Origin: Candidatus Hermodarchaeota archaeon
Lineage (GTDB): Archaea > Asgardarchaeota > Lokiarchaeia > Sigyniarchaeales > SOKP01
Assembly: GCA_048885925.1 (NCBI GenBank)
Contig: JBHLLG010000066.1
Coordinates: 1 to 14,947, forward strand
Direction of reading: 5' to 3'
Length of the DNA: 14,947 nucleotides
Below the pieces are notes generated by a model. That model ran no database searches and was not told the DNA's origin. It was given only the letters and a program-made list of their open reading frames with translations. The position numbers were made by a program, and so were the translations under genes. This document shows positions 7,846 to 14,947 of the stretch, piece by piece. Position 1 is the first letter of the stretch. Each line of letters opens with the position of its first letter.

Positions 7846-8661
7846 TTATTTTCTATAGATTCGATATTCTAGATTTTTAAACAATGAAAAAGGGATATAA
7901 TTGGTTAGCTTAACAATTCCTAATAATAATTTAAATGGGATCTTGAAATTCCTATAAAACTTAAGATCGATGTGAGAAACCAATGATTTTTTTTCGATTA
8001 AGGTTAAATTTAACCTTTTTGTAGTTTTTGATAATTCATTCCTTACATCTTCTAAAGTTAATGGGTGTAGTAAATCTATTTTTTTTTTATATTTTAATTG
8101 ATTTTTTTGAAAAGAGGCTTTAAGAATTAGTGATAGTAATAGAGGATCAATAGATTTTTTATGAATCACTAAATAGATATAACCTTTTGTTTTTAAAATC
8201 CGGTATGCTTCTTCCAAAAACTTTTCAGGATTTAAAACATGTTCAATCGTAGCGATTATTTGAACGTAATCAAAATAATTATCCTCATAAGGAAGTTTTT
8301 CTCCTGGTGATATTGTATATTTAGCTTTTGGGAAGTATCTTTTTGCTATATTTATTATTATTTCGGAAATATCTGATCCATTATATTCAATACTTCCCTT
8401 AAAATTCTGATATAATCGTTTTAAGAAATATCCTTTACCACATCCAATATCTAAAACTGTATCTCTTGGTTTAATATACCTTTGAAATACAGAATTTTCT
8501 ATCTTTTGTCTTTTCTTATTCAAGTATCTCCAGTTGGAATACATTACATCTTCTATATTTTTTGCATTATAAGTCGCCCATAAATCAATTGCTTCGGGAA
8601 ATTTTGGTTCTTTATATAGATCATTCATTAATTTTTGGTGATTTTCAAGGTTAGGGCTCAT
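7846..8661 (-). CDS. Class I SAM-dependent methyltransferase (Methyltransf_11-like)
   Basis: Motif I VLDIGCGKG, GSDIS, EKLPYEDNYFDYV, IEHV and RILKTKG. Confidence 0.9.
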   Translation of the reverse strand: MSPNLENHQKLMNDLYKEPKFPEAIDLWATYNAKNIEDVMYSNWRYLNKKRQKIENSVFQRYIKPRDTVLDIGCGKGYFLKRLYQNFKGSIEYNGSDISEIIINIAKRYFPKAKYTISPGEKLPYEDNYFDYVQIIATIEHVLNPEKFLEEAYRILKTKGYIYLVIHKKSIDPLLLSLILKASFQKNQLKYKKKIDLLHPLTLEDVRNELSKTTKRLNLTLIEKKSLVSHIDLKFYRNFKIPFKLLLGIVKLTNYIPFSLFKNLEYRIYRK

Positions 8662-8818
8662 TTTTTGAAAAGATTAAGGAATTTTCTAACTTATTTTCTA
8701 TAAAATTATTTTAAATTGATAAAAATTATGATACTTAATTATAATTCTTTAATTCAAAAAAAATGAAAGCCTACTTAATTTTTATTTACAATTATTGAAA
8801 TGTAATTTTATTGAAAAC

Positions 8819-9832
8819 TTAAGAATTTTTTAACAAATCATCACTCCACGCAATCAAATTAGTATCAAAAAATGCTCTTTGGGGTCCAAATTTTCTTATT
8901 ATGAAACAATAATTTTGATTCAATTCTTCTATATAATTTTTAATTTCAAAAAATTCTTCTCCATTATGGTATATTGAAATTAGCAATATAGGTTTAAATT
9001 TTTTAATTGTCTCTCTTGCTCCTTCTAAAGCTTTCAGACTATAACCCTCAATATCCAATTTTATTAATCCGACATTAAGATTCTTATCCTTTACATAAGA
9101 ATCAATAGTGGTTGATTCAATTTCTATATCACCATCCATGTCAACAGCAGAAGTCATACCATCATTAGTTATTTTAACCCTTTCTTTCTTATTTCCTAGT
9201 GCTAATTTAACAGGAATAACTTTTTTTAAATTATTTAATTTTATTGCCTTTTTTAAAAGTTCTAAATTCTGACTATGAGGTTCGAATGAATATATAAGAT
9301 TAGGTTGATAAAATCTTTCAAACATTAATGCTGAATCTCCATTATAAGCTCCACCATCAATAAAATCTTTATTTTTTAAAAAATTGATTATATTAGTAGG
9401 CACATAAATTAATCCGTGTTGATAGTAAAATACAGCCATATCAATATGATTCAATTTTACTTTTTCTCTTTTTTTAAATTCTTCCATATATTTTTTTACT
9501 ATTCCAAACTCAGATATCTCATTATCAGTAAGTAGTTTTTTTCTTTCAATAAGATTATGTGTATAAATATAATCAACTCTCTCAAGGATCCTATCTATTA
9601 AATCTTTGCTTTCAGAGTCTAAATTACTTTTAAGCTGAATTATCTTTTCAGGATATTTAATACTATATAAATAAATATCTTTTGCCATAGAATAATAATA
9701 TTTATCTCTAATTATCTTTCCTTTGCCCTCAATTTTAAGATAGATCTCATAATTATTTAACAGTCTATTCTGAATATAGGTCATTCTAAACTGTAAAAAA
9801 TTCAAAATTTTATTTAAGTACTTTAGCATCAT
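8819..9832 (-). CDS. FkbM family methyltransferase
   Basis: FIDGGAYNGD, YSFEP, ALG, TTIDSY, IKLDIEG, ALEGARETIKKFKP and ISIYH. Confidence 0.92.
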   Translation of the reverse strand: MMLKYLNKILNFLQFRMTYIQNRLLNNYEIYLKIEGKGKIIRDKYYYSMAKDIYLYSIKYPEKIIQLKSNLDSESKDLIDRILERVDYIYTHNLIERKKLLTDNEISEFGIVKKYMEEFKKREKVKLNHIDMAVFYYQHGLIYVPTNIINFLKNKDFIDGGAYNGDSALMFERFYQPNLIYSFEPHSQNLELLKKAIKLNNLKKVIPVKLALGNKKERVKITNDGMTSAVDMDGDIEIESTTIDSYVKDKNLNVGLIKLDIEGYSLKALEGARETIKKFKPILLISIYHNGEEFFEIKNYIEELNQNYCFIIRKFGPQRAFFDTNLIAWSDDLLKNS

Positions 9833-10057
9833 TTTTATCCTTATAACTGATGATTAAATGGGTATATAATAAAATTCAAGATTTTATATATTTATTCTTG
9901 AATTCTGTCTGCATTATTGATTTATCAAAAAAAAATTCAATCCAATGTTTAAAATTTTTTAAAATTATTTTTATCGATAAATATAATCGTGATTTTTTTT
10001 TACCATCCTAAATTTAATATTATTAATTTATTATTCAAGAAAGTTAAATAATGGTTT

Positions 10058-11098
10058 ATGTCAGAAATACTCTTAAGTATATGTATCCCCACTTATAAAA
10101 GAGAGCATATATTAATAAAGACTTTAAGAGAAAATTTATTAGAATGCCCAGAAAAAGAAATACAATTTGTTATCTGTGCTGATGGTCCAACTAATAAGAT
10201 AGAATCAAAATTAAATCAATGGAAAGATGAGAGAATAATCTTAATAAAAAGTGATACTCGCCTTGGTATTGACGCAAGTATTATAAAATCAATACAAGTA
10301 GCTGTGGGAAAATATATTATGCTTATGAGTGATGAGGATTATATTAAATGGGATTCAATAAAATGGGTTCTTAATATTATAAGTTCACATTATGAATATA
10401 CACAAATACTTGGTGGGATAAATTATAATGATAAGGGAATAATTAAACCCTACTATACTTTTAAAGATAAAATATGGCAAGCTGGAAATGAATCCTTAAT
10501 ATATTTTTTTTACAAGTATAAATATCTAACGGGTTTAATTTTGAAGAAATCTGCTTTAAATCTAAAAAAAGCTAAAAAGTACATTGGTAGTGCTTATATG
10601 TGTAGTGTTCTATCAGCAATGGCAATGGTAAATGGTGATACTATTAGCACTTCTAAAGTTTTTTGTATGATGGGAGAACCAGATCCGAATATTACTTATA
10701 TTACCATGACTCAGAAGGATGATACTGTCAAAAATAAATCGGTTTATATCCCATTAAGTCGTTATTTTCAGATGCATTACAGAAAACATTTAATCTATGA
10801 ATTAACAGAAAATTTTCCAAAGGCAAGAAAAATTCTTTTAAAAAGGGAAAGAGCAATTGCTGCTGGTTTATTAGTCGCCTCTTTTTGTAAATCAATTTAT
10901 TCTTTTTTGAAAGTACTTCCTTATATCTTAAGAACAAAAGAATATTCATTATCATTAAATTTTTGGATAAGTATTCCTAAATACATCTTTATATATACAA
11001 GAAACATGTTAAAAAATAAAGAAGACTTAAGGTTTTTTATAAGACAATTAATAAATCCCAATGAATCTTTAATTATACTTGAATGGCCAAAAGTTTAA
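10058..11098 (+). CDS. Glycosyltransferase family 2 (GT-A fold)
   Basis: N-terminal LLSICIPTYKR, ICADG, RLGID, and GKYIMLMSDED (DxD). Confidence 0.88.
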   Translation: MSEILLSICIPTYKREHILIKTLRENLLECPEKEIQFVICADGPTNKIESKLNQWKDERIILIKSDTRLGIDASIIKSIQVAVGKYIMLMSDEDYIKWDSIKWVLNIISSHYEYTQILGGINYNDKGIIKPYYTFKDKIWQAGNESLIYFFYKYKYLTGLILKKSALNLKKAKKYIGSAYMCSVLSAMAMVNGDTISTSKVFCMMGEPDPNITYITMTQKDDTVKNKSVYIPLSRYFQMHYRKHLIYELTENFPKARKILLKRERAIAAGLLVASFCKSIYSFLKVLPYILRTKEYSLSLNFWISIPKYIFIYTRNMLKNKEDLRFFIRQLINPNESLIILEWPKV

Positions 11099-11190
11099 AA
11101 TATAAAATATTATTATTAATTGTTTCAAATGTTCTCTTTTGAAATATTTGATTATTTATACGGATAACTAATAAGTAAACAGAATGAATT

Positions 11191-12795
11191 ATGAATATCA
11201 TTTTTACTCATACCAATAAAATATCTTCTTTTATATTAAAGAAATTGAATGTTAATAGAATTATCAATATCCTCAAATTCAAAACCAAGGATGCTGTATA
11301 TTTAAAAATTAAAAATAAAAAATTTATTATCAACATAAATGATGTTAAATTCTTCAATTTTGAAATTAGAGAGATAAAGTCTCAAATAATAAATCATTAT
11401 TATTTTAATAAAATTAAAATAAACCATGTTCTTAAGGAGCATTTATTCAATTTTTTATTGAATGAACTTCAGGATTTTAATAGAAAAGCATCTTTAATTA
11501 AATACTTAAACGATCATAGTTATTCCGTTCAAACTGTAAAATCTCCTTTTCTATCTAAAGATGATCGATTTCTTTTTTCTAAATCTAAGATAAATATACC
11601 AGAAATCAAATTAAATCTTCATTTTTTAAATAAATTTCTTGGTTTATTCAAAATTTTATTTTTCATTCTTATTCAGAGAATGAATTTTTATAAGTTAAGA
11701 AAAAAATATCCTGAAAAAAATTCAAAATATGAATTAAATCTTAGTTATACAACCATTTTAAAAGCTTTTGGATTACATGCTGAATTAATATATTTAAATA
11801 AATTAAATAAATCTCTAGAAAATACAATAATCTATGTAAAGCCTTATTTAAAGGGTAAAGGTTTAATAAGGCAGATTGAATACATAAACCACTTAAAATC
11901 AAATAATAGGTTTTATTTTTTTTATGTTCCAAAATTCAACTTGAAAAATGCCATGATTATGTCCTTTAAAGTCTTCTTAATGGCATTTCCTCATGAATTA
12001 AAACTTCCATTAATTCAAATTTTAATTAAAGAAAATGAAATTGATAATTTTATACACTATATATTGGGTAAATTTCAACAGTTCAAGGAATTTTATACTT
12101 CAGAAGAATTTGAGACTGAATCAATATATCTAACTAAAAAGCTGCAAGATAATAATATAAAAGTAATAAATTTTGCTCATGGACTTGGTGATTACGGAAA
12201 TTTTATTCGATATGATAAGTTTTACATAATCTCCAAAATTCAAAGAGAACAATATTTAGGCACATCTAATTTTCAGATTTATAGTTCTCAAGAAGCTTTT
12301 AAAATGAAGTCTTTTGATAAAAATAAAAAGTTAGCCTTATTTTTTATAGGGCAAACTTTTCTCTCAGATTATAATTCTCGAACTTTTAAATCTTACTATA
12401 AAAAAGCAATAAGTTTTATTGAACAAATAATATCTGATTCAAATATCCCCATTTATGCTAAATATCATCCAGAATCTACAAAAGAAGATAAAATTTTATC
12501 CGAAAGAATTAAAATAGTTGAAAATCTTGCAGATTTACCATCAGATTTTAACTATATAAGTTTAACTTTAGGATCTACTTATGTTATTGAATTATTAAAC
12601 ATTATGCCTTTTTTAATAATTAATCCCTCAAATAAAATTGATTTAAAAAATTATTCACTTCCAAATAATCACTATTTCTTCGTAAAAGATTACCAAGAAT
12701 TCAAACGAATGATAGCGAAATTAAGTCAAAATTCTAAATATTATTTTGAATATTGGAAGGAACTTTGCAATATTCTTAATAATATAATGAATTAA
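11191..12795 (+). CDS. Hypothetical protein; C-terminal half GT-B-like, possible nonulosonic acid transferase
   Basis: Intact 534-aa ORF. C-terminal motifs KVINFAHG, LFFIGQ, IYAKYHP and GSTYVIE resemble two Rossmann-like GT-B domains. Lies between the GT2 and neuA. No family recognised with certainty. Confidence 0.55.
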   Translation: MNIIFTHTNKISSFILKKLNVNRIINILKFKTKDAVYLKIKNKKFIININDVKFFNFEIREIKSQIINHYYFNKIKINHVLKEHLFNFLLNELQDFNRKASLIKYLNDHSYSVQTVKSPFLSKDDRFLFSKSKINIPEIKLNLHFLNKFLGLFKILFFILIQRMNFYKLRKKYPEKNSKYELNLSYTTILKAFGLHAELIYLNKLNKSLENTIIYVKPYLKGKGLIRQIEYINHLKSNNRFYFFYVPKFNLKNAMIMSFKVFLMAFPHELKLPLIQILIKENEIDNFIHYILGKFQQFKEFYTSEEFETESIYLTKKLQDNNIKVINFAHGLGDYGNFIRYDKFYIISKIQREQYLGTSNFQIYSSQEAFKMKSFDKNKKLALFFIGQTFLSDYNSRTFKSYYKKAISFIEQIISDSNIPIYAKYHPESTKEDKILSERIKIVENLADLPSDFNYISLTLGSTYVIELLNIMPFLIINPSNKIDLKNYSLPNNHYFFVKDYQEFKRMIAKLSQNSKYYFEYWKELCNILNNIMN

Positions 12796-12949
12796 TTTAC
12801 TTCAAATATCTAAATTCATAACAGCTTTTTATATTTTAAATCAAAAATATTATTCTTTCTTTATATTCTAATTTAAATAGAAAAAATTTCTAGAAATAAA
12901 TTTAAAAAACTAATATCATAGAAACTCACTTAAAATGCATTTTTTGAAA

Positions 12950-13654
12950 TCAACCTGTATTAATTTTAGACTTTTGCATCAAAAACTCTGCAATCATAAA
13001 ATCAAATTCATTGTCTATATCTATACCCCGTTCTAAAGGCATAATATAAGGGATTGCATTTTTAGAGTAAAACGTTTTACTTTTATAAAGTTCATTTGGA
13101 TTTGAAATAAATATTGCTCCATTTGGGCTATAAATTTTTTCAAAATCTTGACCTCTCATTTTTAAATACTTTTTATTGAATAAAGGTTTCAAAAATCCTT
13201 TTTTAATTTTAAAACACCAATATGGAGGGTGCTTAACTTCAGATACACTTATTAGAGTATTATTTTTACTTTTTAAAGATAATTCAATAGCCTTATCAAT
13301 ATCTTCTATATTTCTTAACGGTGATGTTGGCTGAATCAGAATTATCAATGTTGGTTCATAGTTTTCTTTTTTCAAAACATTTAGAACATGAAAAATAACA
13401 TCAATCGTTGGTGAATCATCTTTAGCTAACTCATTTGGTCTTTCAATTATTTCGCTCCCAAAATTTTTTGAAATATCTTTTATTTCCTCATCATTAGTTG
13501 ATACAATTACTTTGTCGATATATTTAGAATGTCGTGCAGAATTTATTGAATAATAAATTAATGGTTTTCCACATAACTCTTTAATATTTTTTTTAAAAAT
13601 TCTTTTCGATCCTCCACGTGCCGGTATAATTGCTAAAATTTTTTGATTTATCAT
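12950..13654 (-). CDS. neuA: Acylneuraminate cytidylyltransferase (CMP-nonulosonic acid synthetase)
   Basis: IIPARGGSKRI.KKN, GKPLI, VSTND, RP.ELA.D, QPTSPLR, NGAIF and IDID.EFD. Confidence 0.94.
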   Translation of the reverse strand: MINQKILAIIPARGGSKRIFKKNIKELCGKPLIYYSINSARHSKYIDKVIVSTNDEEIKDISKNFGSEIIERPNELAKDDSPTIDVIFHVLNVLKKENYEPTLIILIQPTSPLRNIEDIDKAIELSLKSKNNTLISVSEVKHPPYWCFKIKKGFLKPLFNKKYLKMRGQDFEKIYSPNGAIFISNPNELYKSKTFYSKNAIPYIMPLERGIDIDNEFDFMIAEFLMQKSKINTG

Positions 13655-13781
13655 TGTTTTATATGTCTAATTTTTTAAATCTGAGATAGTTAATATTTAT
13701 TAAATTTAAAAGGTTTTATTTTATGAAAAAAGTTATGTTAATAACCAATTAAATGAATTTTTCTGACAGATATTCGATAAT

Positions 13782-14834
13782 ATGAAAGAAATAAATATTA
13801 ATGGCAAAAAAATTGGAAGTAATTATCCTATTTTTTTAATAGCAGAAGTAGGAGTAAACCATAATGGTAAATTATCGCTAGCTAAAAAGTTAATTGACAA
13901 AGCATTTGTAGCAAAAGTTGATGCGGTTAAATTTCAAACATTTATTACGGAGGATCTATTATTAAAAACTACTCCTAAAGCAGAATATCAGAAGTCTTTA
14001 TCAAACAATAATGAAAGTTCCTTTAAAATGATTAAAAAGTATGAATTTTCTTTAGATCAATTTAACATTTTAAAAAATTATTGTGAGCAAAAAGGATTAA
14101 CATTTTTATCAACCCCTTTTGATAAGAAGTCAGTTGAGTGGCTTGAACAATTAAAAATTCCTGCCTATAAAGTAAGTTCGGGTGATATGAATAATTTTCC
14201 ATTATTGAGATTAATTTGTTCAAAGAAGAAACCTATTTTATTATCAACAGGTATGGCTACTTTAGATGAGGTGAAAACTTCTGTTGAATTTATTAAATCT
14301 AATAAAGTGAAAGATATAATATTGTTTCAATGTACTTCTAATTATCCAGCTCCTTATGAAGAAATTAATCTCAATGTAATAGATACATATAGAAAAAATT
14401 TCCCCAATCTATTGTTTGGTTTCTCTGATCATTCTTTAGGAGCTGAATGTTCGATTGGTGCTGTGGTAAAAGGAGTAAAAATAATTGAAAAACACTTTAC
14501 TTTAGATAAGCAACTAGATGGACCAGATCACAAAGCATCTATGAATCCTGAAGAATTAAATTTATGGGTTAACTCTATTAGGAAATTAGAGAAAGCTTTG
14601 GGATCTTCTGATAAGTTTCCATCTGAAGCGGAAAAAGAGATTTTAAAAATAGCACGAAAAAGTATTGTATCTACAAGGTTCCTAAAAAAAGGCAATATTT
14701 TAAAAAGCGAAGATATTTCAATCAAAAGACCTGCTTATGGGATTCCTCCTATAGAATATGAAAAAGTTATTGGTAAAAAGGTTAAGAAAGATATACTCGA
14801 AGATTCAATAATATATTGGGAGGATTTAGAGTAA
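13782..14834 (+). CDS. neuB: N-acetylneuraminate/nonulosonic acid synthase with C-terminal SAF (antifreeze-like) domain
   Basis: IAEVGVNHNG, AVKFQTF, FLSTPFD, LSTGMA, CTSNYP, GFSDHSLG, IEKHFTLD, GPDHKAS, RKS and KRP..GI.P. Confidence 0.95.
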   Translation: MKEININGKKIGSNYPIFLIAEVGVNHNGKLSLAKKLIDKAFVAKVDAVKFQTFITEDLLLKTTPKAEYQKSLSNNNESSFKMIKKYEFSLDQFNILKNYCEQKGLTFLSTPFDKKSVEWLEQLKIPAYKVSSGDMNNFPLLRLICSKKKPILLSTGMATLDEVKTSVEFIKSNKVKDIILFQCTSNYPAPYEEINLNVIDTYRKNFPNLLFGFSDHSLGAECSIGAVVKGVKIIEKHFTLDKQLDGPDHKASMNPEELNLWVNSIRKLEKALGSSDKFPSEAEKEILKIARKSIVSTRFLKKGNILKSEDISIKRPAYGIPPIEYEKVIGKKVKKDILEDSIIYWEDLE

Positions 14835-14947
14835 ATGAATAAAAAAAAGATTTGTGTAGTAACTGGAGCACGTTCCGAATATGGAATTTTACGAACAATA
14901 ATAAAAAAAATTTTAGAATCAAAATCTTTAGAACTTTCACTTTTTGT
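14835..14947 (+). CDS. neuC: Hydrolysing UDP-GlcNAc 2-epimerase (NeuC/LegG type), 5' part (runs off the window edge)
   Basis: Not in the ORF track. The ATG directly follows the neuB stop (TAAATG). Translation MNKKKICVVTGARSEYGILRTIIKKI matches the NeuC N-terminal KKIxVxTGxRxEYG signature. Confidence 0.88.
   Translation, partial: MNKKKICVVTGARSEYGILRTIIKKILESKSLELSLF

Noticed and set aside
10728-10955. 75-aa minus-strand ORF
   Set aside because: Antisense within the GT2 gene, with low-complexity composition.
11741-11932. 63-aa minus-strand ORF
   Set aside because: Antisense within the 534-aa ORF, with no supporting evidence.
14528-14725. 65-aa minus-strand ORF
   Set aside because: Antisense within neuB.

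Overview
A very AT-rich prokaryotic surface-glycan locus. The left end is a compact minus-strand operon for sulfate activation: a ribbon-helix-helix regulator, sat, an alkaline-phosphatase-superfamily enzyme and cysC (truncated at the edge and missed by the ORF track). Then come wecB, a heparinase II/III-like protein, a beta-propeller glycosidase-like protein, two methyltransferases, a GT2, an orphan 534-aa GT-B-like protein and a nonulosonic (sialic) acid module: neuA, neuB and neuC (truncated, also missed by the ORF track). Frequent strand switching, TATA-like boxes close to start codons and clear Shine-Dalgarno motifs mainly on internal operon genes suggest an archaeal host, possibly Asgard/Lokiarchaeia; this is inference only. 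Best leads: (i) a PAPS operon with an AlkP-family enzyme but no classical sulfotransferase in the window; (ii) an RHH regulator with a sulfatase/APS-kinase-type 'EEEEKVKQRLRDLGY' tail and a repeat-rich operator upstream; (iii) a candidate new nonulosonate transferase. No RNA genes, mobile elements or CRISPR arrays were seen.
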